32,000 nt of DNA from Mycolicibacterium smegmatis (GTDB lineage Bacteria; Actinomycetota; Actinomycetes; Mycobacteriales; Mycobacteriaceae): positions 3,840,001-3,872,000 of the forward strand of contig NZ_LN831039.1 in NCBI RefSeq assembly GCF_001457595.1, in the 5' to 3' direction. Made by a program: the position numbers and the translations under genes. This document shows positions 1-9,772 of this stretch, one piece after another. The notes beneath the pieces were generated by a model. The model made no database searches and had not been told where the DNA came from. It was given only the letters and a program-made list of their open reading frames with translations. Position 1 is the first letter of the stretch. Every line of letters starts with the position of its first letter.

Positions 1-2
1 AG

Positions 3-3000
3 GAGCTGATCGAACGATTCCTGCGTGTGCTCGCGGCCATGATCGACGATCCGGAACGGAGAGTATCGACGATCGACGTGCTCGGCACCTCCGAGCGTGA
101 GCGGCTCGACAGCTGGTGCCGGCGAGAGCGGCTACGTGGAAAGGGTTCTGGTTCCTCATCGATTCCGGAACGATTCTCCGCACAGGTCGTTCGGACCCCG
201 GATTCGGTTGCGGTCACGTGCGGCGGAGAGTCGCTGACCTATGCAGAGCTCGACGAGACCGCCGATCGATTGGCAAACCTGTTGACCTTGCATGGCGCAG
301 GGCCGGGCACCTACGTCGCCATCATGTTGCCCCGATGCGCACAAGCGATTGTGGCGATCCTCGCCGTGCTCAAGACCGGTGCGGCATATCTGCCCATCGA
401 CCCGGTCCTGCCGGACGCACGTGTGCAGTTCATGCTCGATGACACCGCGCCGATCGCCGCGGTCACCAACGATGAGCTGCGCTCCCGGTTCGACGGGTTC
501 GCCGGGGTGGTCGTGGAGGCCGACGATCCGGCCATGTCCCTTCACCCCACCACCGCACTGCTGGCCCCCGCCGCCGATGACATCGCCTACGTCATCTACA
601 CGTCGGGCACCACCGGACGACCCAAAGGCGTGGCTGTCACCCATCACAACGTCACTCGGCTCTTCGACGCGCCCTATCCCGGTCTCACGTTCGGGTCTGG
701 CCAGGTCTGGACCCAATGCCACTCGACGGGATTCGACTTCTCGGTGTGGGAGATATGGAGCGCGCTGCTCCACGGAGGGCGGCTCGTGGTGGTGCCCGAG
801 TCCGTCACCAGCTCACCGAGCGACCTCCATGAACTTCTCGTCACCGAACACGTCACCATGTTCAGCCAGACACCGGCCGCTGCTGCGGCTCTGTCGCACA
901 CCGGCTTGGAGGATCTGACGCTGGTGGTCGGCGGAGAAGCGTGCCCGAGTGAGGTGGTTCAGCGCTGGGCGCCCAAGCGCACGATGATCAACGGGTACGG
1001 ACCAACCGAGACCACCGTATTCGCCTCCACCAGTGAGCCTTTGAATCCGTCCTCCCCGGGTGATGTTCCAATCGGCGCACCGGTACCCGGCGCCGCCGTG
1101 TTCGTCCTGGACTCGTGGCTGCGTCCGGTCCCACCGGGCGTCGCGGGTGAGGTCTACGTCGCCGGCGGCGGTGTGACCGTCGGCTACGTGCACCGGCCTG
1201 GTATGACCGCGTCGCGCTTCGTGGCTTGTCCGTTCGCGGCGGACGGCAGCCGGATGTATCGCACCGGTGACCTCGCTCGCTGGGGAACCGACGGCCAGCT
1301 GCGTTATCTCGGGCGTGCCGACGATCAAGTGAAGATCCGCGGCTTCCGGATCGAACTCGGCGAGATCCAATGTGCGCTCGCCGACCTCGACGGGGTCGAC
1401 CAAGCGGCCGTCGTCGTGCGCGAGGACCAGCCCGGTGACAAGCGACTGGTCGGCTACATCACCGGCACCATGGACCCGGCCGTGGCACGTGAAATGCTTG
1501 CCGATCACCTGCCGCCCTACATGGTTCCGGCGGCCGTCCTGCGGTTGGACACGCTACCTGTGACCGTCAACGGCAAACTCGATCAGCGCGCGCTCCCCGT
1601 GCCCGGGTACGGCAACACCCGGATTCATCGCCCGCCTGTGACCCGGACCGAGAAGGTGGTCGCGGGCGTCTTCGGCCAGGTGCTCGGTGTAGAGCAGGTC
1701 GGCATCGACGACTCGTTCTTCGATCTGGGCGGCGACTCCATCTCAGCCATGCGGTGCGTCGCCGCAATCAACACCGCACTGGATGTCGGAGTCGGAGTGC
1801 AGGATTTACTGCAGGCACCGCAGGTTCGCCTGTTGAGCAGGCAGATTGAGGGCGTCGGCGAAACCGACACGTTGGCCGCAGGCGGCGCAACCGTGGAGTC
1901 GGTGCACGGATCAGCCGACGTCACCGAGATCCGTGCCGCCGATCTGACACTGGACAAGTTCATCGACGACGCGGCATTGTCCGCGGCGCGGAACTTACCC
2001 CGAACCGACGCGAAGATCCGCACGGTGCTGTTGACCGGTGCGACCGGGTTCCTCGGACGATTTCTCGTGTTGGAATGGCTGCAGCGGTTGGAGCCTGTCG
2101 ACGGGAAACTGGTGTGCCTGGTTCGGGCCGCGTCCGACGCCGAGGCCCGTGTGCGACTTGAAAAGGTGTTCGACTGTGGTGACCCGCTGTTGCTCAATCG
2201 CTTTCGGCAGTTGTCGACGAACCGCCTGCAGGTGGTGGCCGGCGACAAGAGCGCAGCAGCACTGGGCCTCGACCAGGAGACCTGGACCGAGTTGGCTGCG
2301 TCGGTCGATCTGGTCATCGACTCCGCGGGCTTCGTCAACGGCATCCTGCCGTACCGGGAGTTCTTCGGCCCCAACGTCGCAGGCACCGCCGAGGTGATCC
2401 GGTTCGCACTCACCACAAAACTCAAGTCCTACGCCTACGTGTCGACCGCCGATGTGCGCCAACAGATCGATCCCGCGGCCTTCACCGAGGACGCCGACAT
2501 CCGCGTCATCAGCCCGAGCCGGCAGATGGACGCCGGCTATGCCAGCGGATACGGCAACAGCAAGTGGGCCGGCGAGGTCCTGTTGCGCGAGGCGCACGAC
2601 CTGTGCGGACTCCCGGTGCGAGTGTTCCGCTGCGACATGATCCTCACCGACACGACGTATTCCGGTCAGCTCAACCTGCCGGACAACTTCACCCGGATGG
2701 TGTTGAGCGTCGTGTCAACCGGTTTGGCGCCGGCATCGTTCTATCAACTGGACAACACCGGTGAGCGGCAACGTGCCCACTACGATGCGCTCCCCGTCGG
2801 GTTCGTGGCGGAGGCGATCAGCACGCTCAGCGTCGGCGCAGTCGACGGATTCGAGACCTACCACGTGATGAATCCTCATGACGACGGCGTCGGAGCCGAC
2901 CAGTACGTCGACTGGCTGATCGAGGCCGGCTATCCGATCCGGCGCATCGCTGACTTCGCTGAATGGTTGCGGCGCTTCGAAACCGCGCTCCGTTCCCTTC

Positions 3001-3266
3001 CTGAGCGGCAGCGCCAACATTCGGTTCTACAGATCCTCACCGCACGTCACGACCTGGCTCAGGGCGCCGACCTACAGGCCCCTGAGCCCACGCTCGGCTC
3101 GTACGGACCCACCGACCGGTTCCGCGCCGCGGTCCGTGAACACCGGATCGGCGGGGAGGGTGACATTCCCCACGTGACACCGCAAATCATCATCAAATAC
3201 GTCGCCGATCTGCAGCGCCTGGGGCTGCTCGATGCCCACCCCACATCCGCACCGCGGTCCGCGTAG
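3..3266 (+). CDS. Non-ribosomal peptide synthetase, C-terminal part (end of condensation domain, adenylation, PCP, terminal thioester reductase); 5' end outside window
   Basis: Frame is open from base 3 ([22 protein letters not shown], typical C-domain end/linker). A-domain motifs [32 protein letters not shown]; PCP motif [13 protein letters not shown]; R-domain motif [22 protein letters not shown] and [23 protein letters not shown]. Confidence 0.93.
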   Translation, partial: ELIERFLRVLAAMIDDPERRVSTIDVLGTSERERLDSWCRRERLRGKGSGSSSIPERFSAQVVRTPDSVAVTCGGESLTYAELDETADRLANLLTLHGAGPGTYVAIMLPRCAQAIVAILAVLKTGAAYLPIDPVLPDARVQFMLDDTAPIAAVTNDELRSRFDGFAGVVVEADDPAMSLHPTTALLAPAADDIAYVIYTSGTTGRPKGVAVTHHNVTRLFDAPYPGLTFGSGQVWTQCHSTGFDFSVWEIWSALLHGGRLVVVPESVTSSPSDLHELLVTEHVTMFSQTPAAAAALSHTGLEDLTLVVGGEACPSEVVQRWAPKRTMINGYGPTETTVFASTSEPLNPSSPGDVPIGAPVPGAAVFVLDSWLRPVPPGVAGEVYVAGGGVTVGYVHRPGMTASRFVACPFAADGSRMYRTGDLARWGTDGQLRYLGRADDQVKIRGFRIELGEIQCALADLDGVDQAAVVVREDQPGDKRLVGYITGTMDPAVAREMLADHLPPYMVPAAVLRLDTLPVTVNGKLDQRALPVPGYGNTRIHRPPVTRTEKVVAGVFGQVLGVEQVGIDDSFFDLGGDSISAMRCVAAINTALDVGVGVQDLLQAPQVRLLSRQIEGVGETDTLAAGGATVESVHGSADVTEIRAADLTLDKFIDDAALSAARNLPRTDAKIRTVLLTGATGFLGRFLVLEWLQRLEPVDGKLVCLVRAASDAEARVRLEKVFDCGDPLLLNRFRQLSTNRLQVVAGDKSAAALGLDQETWTELAASVDLVIDSAGFVNGILPYREFFGPNVAGTAEVIRFALTTKLKSYAYVSTADVRQQIDPAAFTEDADIRVISPSRQMDAGYASGYGNSKWAGEVLLREAHDLCGLPVRVFRCDMILTDTTYSGQLNLPDNFTRMVLSVVSTGLAPASFYQLDNTGERQRAHYDALPVGFVAEAISTLSVGAVDGFETYHVMNPHDDGVGADQYVDWLIEAGYPIRRIADFAEWLRRFETALRSLPERQRQHSVLQILTARHDLAQGADLQAPEPTLGSYGPTDRFRAAVREHRIGGEGDIPHVTPQIIIKYVADLQRLGLLDAHPTSAPRSA

Positions 3267-3274
3267 TCGCACAC

Positions 3275-3340
3275 CTCCGCGATTGTGAAACGTCAGCGAA
3301 AAATCGGCCGAAATATCGCAGAGGTTTCACACTCGCGGAG
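3275..3340. promoter_or_regulatory. 17-bp inverted repeat (16/17) downstream of the NRPS stop
   Basis: ctccgcgattgtgaaac (3275-3291) and gtttcacactcgcggag (3324-3340), 32-nt spacer. Confidence 0.6.
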
Positions 3341-3526
3341 TTTCTGCTGAGTAGAACTGGCCAGAAATTGTCAGCAAACCACCTCGGATTGCTGTCTTTC
3401 CTTTTCTGAAAGTTCGCTGGGAGAAGCGTCGTCGAGTCTGCGCAGCGGAATGCATTTCTCACGTCGAAAACTCCCGCCGGCGCATGTCACCCCGGCAACC
3501 GAATACGTCGTGACCGCGTCAAGTTT

Positions 3527-3538
3527 CTTGATATCAAG
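3527..3538. promoter_or_regulatory. 12-bp perfect palindrome CTTGATATCAAG upstream of mmpS
   Basis: Direct reading; 101 nt upstream of the mmpS ATG. Confidence 0.4.
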
Positions 3539-3639
3539 CCTTGTGAGCTGCGGATTCTTGTCGTACCGTCAACCAGGTTGATTAGTAGAACTAGGGGGTT
3601 TCCGTCAGCTCCTGCCGCCGCACATCGAAAGGGTCACGA

Positions 3640-4086
3640 ATGCAGCGGTTTTCGGTCGGAGGACGACTGAGGCAACGCTGGATGTTTCTGGTGGCGATCG
3701 TGGTGATCGTGGTCGCCGGTTTCACCGTGTACAGGCTCCACGGGGTTTTCGCCTCGCAGGACGTCACGTCCACGCCCAGTAATTCCGCCAATGAGATCGT
3801 TCAGTTCAACCCGAAACACGTCGTCATGGAGGTCATGGGCCCGCCAGGCGCGGTAGCCACCGTTACGTATCTGGACGTCGATGCCCAGCCGCAGCGCGCT
3901 GACAATGTCCCGCTGCCCTGGACCTACGACACGACCACCACCCAGCCCGGGGTGTTCGTCAACGTCCAGGCCCAGGGCGACCGCAGCTCGATCGGGTGCC
4001 GCATCACGATCGATGACGACGTCAAGGACGAAAGGTGGGTCAATACCGTGGACGCCTACACGTTTTGTCTGGAGAAGTCCGGATGA
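3640..4086 (+). CDS. MmpS family membrane protein
   Basis: Short protein with one N-terminal TM helix (MFLVAIVVIVVAGFTVYRLHGVF) and MmpS-like ectodomain; immediately upstream of and overlapping mmpL (ATGA). Confidence 0.9.
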   Translation: MQRFSVGGRLRQRWMFLVAIVVIVVAGFTVYRLHGVFASQDVTSTPSNSANEIVQFNPKHVVMEVMGPPGAVATVTYLDVDAQPQRADNVPLPWTYDTTTTQPGVFVNVQAQGDRSSIGCRITIDDDVKDERWVNTVDAYTFCLEKSG

Positions 4087-6977
4087 GCGCGCGGTTCTCG
4101 GTACCGGCGATTCCGGACCTGATCCGGCGGTTCTCTGTTCTCATCGCGCTGTTCTGGCTGGGCCTGGCAGTCGTGACGAACGTGTTCGTGCCCCAGCTGG
4201 AAACCGTCGCCGAGGCCCACAACGTCTCGTTGAGTCCGCAGGACGCGCCCTCGTTGCAAGCCGCCAAGCGCATCGGCGAGGTGTTCGACGAATTCGATTC
4301 CGACAGTTCGGCAATGATCGTCCTGGAGGGTGACGAGCCGCTGGGCGACGAGGCGCATCGCTACTACGACGGCCTGATCGACAAACTGTCGAAGGACACC
4401 AAGCACGTCGAACACATCCAGAACTTCTGGGGGGATCCGCTGACCGCGGCCGGCTCTCAGAGCCAGGACGGCAAGTCCGCGCTGGTACAGATCTACCTGG
4501 CCGGAAATCAGGGTGAATCGCTGGCCAACGAGTCGGTCGACGCCGTGCGGGCCATCGTCGACGACACGCCTCCGCCACCGGGACTGCGGGCGTATGTCAC
4601 CGGCGCCGCTCCGCTGGTCACCGACCAGTTCGAGGTCGGCAAACAGGGCACGCTGAAAACCACCCTGCTCACTCTCGGCGTGATCGCGGTGATGCTGTTC
4701 TGGCTCTACCGCCGCGTCACCACGGTCCTGGTGGTCATGTTCACGGTGATGATCGAGCTGACGGCCTCCCGAGGGGTCGTCGCGGTGCTCGCGAACGCAG
4801 GCATCATCGACCTCTCGACGTATTCGACAAACCTGTTGACACTGTTGGTGATCGCCGCAGGCACCGACTATGCGATCTTCATCCTCGGCCGGTTCCACGA
4901 GGCCCGCTATGCCGAGCAGGACCGCCTCACCGCGTTCACCACCATGTACCACGGCACCGCGCACGTGATCCTGGGGTCGGGCCTGACGATCGCCGGTGCG
5001 GTGCTCTGCCTGACCTTCACCCGGTTGCCCTACTTCCAAAGTCTCGGTGTCCCCGCGGGCATCGGCGTCCTGGTGGCGGTCGTGGCAGCGCTGACACTGG
5101 CGCCCTCGATCCTCATCATCGGCAGGCACTTCGGCCTGTTCGAACCGAATCGGCCTCTGCGGACCAAGAATTGGCGGCGCATCGGCACCGCAATCGTACG
5201 GTGGCCCGGACCCGTTCTGGTGGTGACCATCGCGGTGGCGCTGATCGGACTCCTGGCTCTCCCGCAGTACACCACGAGTTACAACACCCGGCCGTACCTG
5301 CCCGCCACCGCCCCGGCCAACGTGGGGTACACAGCGGCGGAACGCCACTTCTCCGAGGCCCGTCTGAACCCCGAACTGATGATGATCGAGGCCGATCACG
5401 ACCTGCGTAATCCCACCGACATGATCTTGCTGGAGCGGGTCGCCAAGGCTGTGTTCCACACCGACGGCATCGCGCAGGTGCAGTCGATCACGCGGCCACT
5501 CGGAACACCGTTGGACCACACCTCGATTCCGTTCCAGATCAGCACCGGCAACGCATCGCAGATCAACAATCTGCCCTTCCAGCAAGCGCGAGGGGACGAT
5601 CTGCTCAAGCAGGTCCAGGTGATCAACGACGGCATCGATGTGCTGCGTCAGCAGTATGCGCTGCAGGAACAGTCCGGGGCCATCACCCACGAACAGTCCG
5701 AGGCATTCAAGAAGACCGTCGCCACCGCGCAGGATCTACGCGACAAGATCGCCAACTTCGACGACCAGTTCCGTCCGCTGCGCAACTACTTCTACTGGGA
5801 GCCACACTGCTTCGACATCCCGATGTGCGCCGCGATCCGGTCGGTGTTCGACTCCCTCGACGGAATCGACGAGTTGACCGACCAGTTGGCCAGCGTGTCC
5901 GGCAGCATCGCCAAACTCGATGAACTGCAACCGAAACTGCTCGCGCTGATCCCGCCACAGATCGCCAACCAGGAAGCCAACCGTGATCTGACGATGTCGA
6001 ACTACGCGACCACCACCGGTCAGAACGCACAGGCCGAGGAGTCGCTGGAAAACTCGACGGCGTTGGGTCAGGCGTTCGACGCGGCGAAGGTCGATGACTC
6101 GTTCTATCTACCGCCGGAGGCGTTCACCAACCCCGAGTTCCAGCGCGGCCTGAAGCTGTTCCTGTCGCCCGACGGCAAAGCGGCCCGGCTGATCATCACC
6201 CACGAGGGGGATCCCGCGTCACCAGAGGGCATCTCGCACATCGAGGCCATCCGGCACGCAGCCAAGGAAGCCGTCAAGGGCACTCCCCTGGCCGGGTCGA
6301 AGATCTATCTCGCAGGCACCGCGGCCACCTACAAGGACATCGCCGACGGCGCCGAATACGACCTGATGATCGCGGCGATCGCTGCACTCACCCTGATCCT
6401 GTTGGTGATGATGTTCGTCACCCGCAGCCTGGTCGCCGCACTGGTGATCGTGGGAACCGTGGCATTGTCGCTGGGCGCCTCGTTCGGGTTGTCGGTGCTG
6501 ATCTGGCAGGACCTTTTCGGCATCGAATTGTTCTGGATCGTGCTGGCGCTGGCGGTGATCCTGCTGTTGGCCGTGGGGTCCGATTACAACCTGCTGCTGA
6601 TATCCAGACTCAAGGAGGAGATCGACGCGGGCGTCAACACCGGCATCATCCGCGCCATGGCCGGTTCCGGGTCGGTGGTCACCGCGGCAGGGCTGGTGTT
6701 CGCGGCCACCATGGCCTCGTTCCTGTTCGCCGACCTGCGGGTGCTCGGGCAGATCGGGACGACCATCGCACTGGGTCTGTTGTTCGACACGCTGATCGTG
6801 CGCTCGTTCATGACACCGTCGATCGCCGCGCTGCTCGGCCGGTGGTTCTGGTGGCCGCTGCGGGTACGCCCGCGCCCGGCCAGCCAGATGCTCCGGCCGT
6901 ACGGTTCTCGCTCGGCGGTCCGGCAGCTGCTGCTGTGGGAGGACGATGATCCGGCCGTGGCACCAGTGCGCAAGTGA
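4083..6977 (+). CDS. MmpL family RND transporter
   Basis: About 960 aa with two TM clusters, GTDYAIFILGRFHEAR and GSDYNLLLISRLKEE motifs; ATG overlaps the mmpS stop, so the start is 4083 rather than the track's 4035. Confidence 0.95.
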   Translation: MSARFSVPAIPDLIRRFSVLIALFWLGLAVVTNVFVPQLETVAEAHNVSLSPQDAPSLQAAKRIGEVFDEFDSDSSAMIVLEGDEPLGDEAHRYYDGLIDKLSKDTKHVEHIQNFWGDPLTAAGSQSQDGKSALVQIYLAGNQGESLANESVDAVRAIVDDTPPPPGLRAYVTGAAPLVTDQFEVGKQGTLKTTLLTLGVIAVMLFWLYRRVTTVLVVMFTVMIELTASRGVVAVLANAGIIDLSTYSTNLLTLLVIAAGTDYAIFILGRFHEARYAEQDRLTAFTTMYHGTAHVILGSGLTIAGAVLCLTFTRLPYFQSLGVPAGIGVLVAVVAALTLAPSILIIGRHFGLFEPNRPLRTKNWRRIGTAIVRWPGPVLVVTIAVALIGLLALPQYTTSYNTRPYLPATAPANVGYTAAERHFSEARLNPELMMIEADHDLRNPTDMILLERVAKAVFHTDGIAQVQSITRPLGTPLDHTSIPFQISTGNASQINNLPFQQARGDDLLKQVQVINDGIDVLRQQYALQEQSGAITHEQSEAFKKTVATAQDLRDKIANFDDQFRPLRNYFYWEPHCFDIPMCAAIRSVFDSLDGIDELTDQLASVSGSIAKLDELQPKLLALIPPQIANQEANRDLTMSNYATTTGQNAQAEESLENSTALGQAFDAAKVDDSFYLPPEAFTNPEFQRGLKLFLSPDGKAARLIITHEGDPASPEGISHIEAIRHAAKEAVKGTPLAGSKIYLAGTAATYKDIADGAEYDLMIAAIAALTLILLVMMFVTRSLVAALVIVGTVALSLGASFGLSVLIWQDLFGIELFWIVLALAVILLLAVGSDYNLLLISRLKEEIDAGVNTGIIRAMAGSGSVVTAAGLVFAATMASFLFADLRVLGQIGTTIALGLLFDTLIVRSFMTPSIAALLGRWFWWPLRVRPRPASQMLRPYGSRSAVRQLLLWEDDDPAVAPVRK

Positions 6978-6992
6978 GAGAGAGGAATAGAA

Positions 6993-7481
6993 ATGATCTG
7001 GGGTGATCTCACGATTCTGGCCGGGGTCATGATCGTGGTGTTCGGCGCATGCATGTTCGTCTACGTGAGCCGGCTGGAAAAGCGCCCGCCCGCCGCGCTG
7101 GGCGAGCAGGTGGGCGCCCACAAGGCCGTGCTGGCCAAACTGCGCAAGCGTCAGCCGCTGACCCGCGACGAGTACGACTACGCCACCGAACTGGTCACCG
7201 ACGTCCGCTCGCCGCTGGCGTACGCGCTTCCCGGAGTCATGTTCAGCATGGGGTTCTTCTACGTGGTCGGATGCCTCTACGAGCTGCATGTGCACGGCGG
7301 TGATCCGTCGTTCCGTACGTTCGTCGGCCTCTTTCCGATGCTCAGCTCCGTCAACATCGCCGCTCAGTTGCGTCGCGTCGCGGGGTTGAAAGGCAAACTG
7401 CGGGACGCCACGGTGCTCGACGACGACACCGCGCCTGTGATGACTCCGGCCGGCCGGCACAGCGCCCCGACGGGGGCGTGA
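6993..7481 (+). CDS. Small membrane protein of unknown function, likely co-transcribed with mmpL
   Basis: 162 aa, N-terminal TM (DLTILAGVMIVVFGACMFVYV) and second hydrophobic stretch (PGVMFSMGFFYVVGCLY); 15 nt after mmpL stop, preceded by agagagagg SD-like sequence. Confidence 0.7.
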   Translation: MIWGDLTILAGVMIVVFGACMFVYVSRLEKRPPAALGEQVGAHKAVLAKLRKRQPLTRDEYDYATELVTDVRSPLAYALPGVMFSMGFFYVVGCLYELHVHGGDPSFRTFVGLFPMLSSVNIAAQLRRVAGLKGKLRDATVLDDDTAPVMTPAGRHSAPTGA

Positions 7482-7616
7482 ACAATTCGCGTAGTCGGCT
7501 ACTCGTGAGCGCGGCCCGAGGAAACACATAGCGTTTTCTCGACGGTGAAAATGTTCATCGCCGCCGCGCAGCCCTTGCTGTGCCTCACGAACTCATCTGG
7601 CCGAAGGGATCATTCG

Positions 7617-8603
7617 ATGAGTACACCGACAAAAACCAACAAACGCTCGAGCCTGACGAAGTACGAGGCGATCGGCTCGACCGGAGACCCGACGACCGCC
7701 GAGTCGTTGATCGTGGCGACCGAGTACGAGTCGTTGATCGTGGCGACCGAGTACGAGTCGCCGAACGGCCTGGATCTCAACAACACCGACCCGGACCAAC
7801 GCCGAGGTCGCCGCGCGTGGGTTGGTCGAACATGCCGAGCCCGGATCGACCGGTTCTGAGGAGGACGAGTCCGCGCCCGCGCTGCTCGACGCCATCGTCG
7901 GAAGCTATCCGGAACTCGAAGAGGTCGCCGAGGTCATCATCGGCGCCGACAACCGGGTCCGCGTCGCCAACACCACCGTGTACCCGTGGCGGGCCATCTG
8001 CGCACTGCAGATCACCGCCGCCGACAACCGCCGATTCATCGGGACGGGGTGGCTGATCAGCCCGCGCACCGTGATCACCGCCGGGCATTGTGTCTACATG
8101 CACGACGCGGGCGGCTGGGCCAGGTCGATCAAGGTGATCCCGGGCTGCAACGACGGCAGCGAGCCGTTCGGAAGCTACACCGGAACCGTGCTCCGCAGCG
8201 TCACCGGATGGACGTCAAGCAAGAACCGCGAACACGACTACGGTGCGATCATCCTGCCGTCCTCGTCACGTCCGGGAGGGCAGACCGGAACGTTCGGCCT
8301 CGCGGTGAGAAACGATGGGTTCCTGATGAATTCGGCACTCAACCTGTCCGGCTATCCCGGTGACAAGGGCGGCCGCCAGCAGTGGTTCATGGCGCAGCCC
8401 CCAAGCGGGTGTCGGACCGGGTGATCACCTATGACATCGACACCATGGGCGGGCAGAGCGGCTCACCGGTCTGGGTGCTCGAAAACGGCCAGCGTTACGG
8501 GGTCGGAGTGCACACCAACGGGAGTTCCTCCGGTAACTCGGCCACCCGCATCAACACCGCCGTGTTCAACAACATGGTGAACTGGAAGAACGCGGGGCTC
8601 TGA
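7617..8603 (+). pseudogene. Glutamyl endopeptidase/V8-like (S1 family) serine protease with disrupted reading frame
   Basis: Catalytic triad neighbourhoods all present: TAGHC (frame 1), HDYGAI (frame 1), MGGQSGSPVW (frame 0). Homologous text is spread over ORFs 7545..7859, 7822..8424 and 8382..8603. The second break is at a C5 run at 8398-8402. Confidence 0.72.
7701..7754 (+). repeat. 27-bp perfect tandem duplication (2 copies)
   Basis: gagtcgttgatcgtggcgaccgagtac at 7701-7727 and 7728-7754, encoding ESLIVATEY twice in the N-terminal part of the protease ORF. Confidence 0.97.
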
Positions 8604-8610
8604 AATCTCC

Positions 8611-8853
8611 GTGGTCATCGTTGTTTTCGAGGATTCCGCCGGTCGCCCGCTGGCTGATGCCGTGGTCAGCATCGCCAGTGCGCCCGGCGAGATCCGCGAT
8701 ATCGGCATGGTCACCGACGAGCACGGCGAGATCGCGCTCGGTGACGCCGACGATGGGATCTACGATTTCGCGGTGTTCTCGGCCGGTACGTCACACCGTG
8801 TGTCGGCCCGGATCACCGGTTCGGATTCGCGGGTCACCGTCGTCGTGCAGTGA
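8611..8853 (+). CDS. Small hypothetical protein, resembling a carboxypeptidase-regulatory/Ig-like beta domain
   Basis: 80 aa from GTG 8611, pattern VVFEDSAGRPLADAVVSI...GEIALGDADDGIYDFAVFSAG; 7 nt after protease stop. Confidence 0.6.
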   Translation: MVIVVFEDSAGRPLADAVVSIASAPGEIRDIGMVTDEHGEIALGDADDGIYDFAVFSAGTSHRVSARITGSDSRVTVVVQ

Positions 8854-8875
8854 CGTCGCGCGTTCGCCAGACCCG

Positions 8876-9772
8876 TCACGTCGCGACATGTAGCAGCTCG
8901 CTCAGCCCGGTGCGGTGCATCATCTCGGCCTTCAACCGGTCAAGCACCGTGAACCCGACCTGGCCGCCGTCATCGGACGGGTCGACATGCACGCGGAAGG
9001 GCCGCTTGCCGAACGGGGCGTCTACGACCGCGACGACCGCGTCGGCCACGGTGGTGGGATCGGCCTCCGGTGGGACCAACTCGTTGAACGCCTTCTGGAT
9101 GCGCTCCCCGTAGCCGGTATATGGGCCCGCCTCGTACGCGGCGGCCACATCCTCATCCCCCGGCACAGCGGCATTCGCAAACTGATTGGTGCCGGACGTG
9201 AAGGCCCCTGGCACGATGATGGACGTTTCGACGCCCCACAGCGTCAACTCCCGGGCGTAACTGACCGCCAACGCATCCATCGCGGCCTTCGCGGCGAAGT
9301 ACGGTCCCAGATACGGTGGCGTGCCCCCGGCCGCACTGCTGCTCGACATCCACAGCAACAGCCCGCGGCGCCGGGCGCGCATGTGCGGCAGCACTGCACG
9401 GTTGACGCGCTGGGTGCCGACGACATTGATGTCGTACAACTGGGCCATCTGCTCGGCGGTGAACGCCTCGGCGGGGCCGAACGACATATGCCCGGCGTTG
9501 TGCAGGACCACGTCGACCCGCCCCGACTCCCCCAGCACGTGGTCGATCGCCGCATTCACCGACTCCTGGGAGCCGACGTCGAGTTCCACCGACCGCAGAT
9601 CCACGCCGTTCGTCTGCGCGAAGCCGGCGATGGCAGCCACCTGCGCCGCGTTGTGTCCGGCCGTGCCACGCATCGAGGCGTAGACCGTGTACCCGGCCAT
9701 GGCCAGCGCCTCGGCCGAGATCCGGCCGAATCCACTTGCCGCACCGGTGATCAGGACGACATTCGGGGTCAC
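8876..9772 (-). CDS. Short-chain dehydrogenase/reductase
   Basis: VVLITGAASGFGRISAEALA (TGxxxGxG), NAGHMSFG, YFAAKAAMDAL (YxxxK). Confidence 0.92.
   Translation of the reverse strand: MTPNVVLITGAASGFGRISAEALAMAGYTVYASMRGTAGHNAAQVAAIAGFAQTNGVDLRSVELDVGSQESVNAAIDHVLGESGRVDVVLHNAGHMSFGPAEAFTAEQMAQLYDINVVGTQRVNRAVLPHMRARRRGLLLWMSSSSAAGGTPPYLGPYFAAKAAMDALAVSYARELTLWGVETSIIVPGAFTSGTNQFANAAVPGDEDVAAAYEAGPYTGYGERIQKAFNELVPPEADPTTVADAVVAVVDAPFGKRPFRVHVDPSDDGGQVGFTVLDRLKAEMMHRTGLSELLHVAT

Noticed and set aside
4056-7529. Long minus-strand ORFs 4056..5690 and 6219..7529 opposite mmpL
   Set aside because: They mirror the mmpL coding frame and have low-complexity H/D/R-rich sequences typical of antisense reading of high-GC genes; no recognisable domain.
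7701-7754. Possible CRISPR-like repeat
   Set aside because: Direct tandem duplication with no spacers and only two copies inside a coding region; no CRISPR array or cas genes seen in the window.
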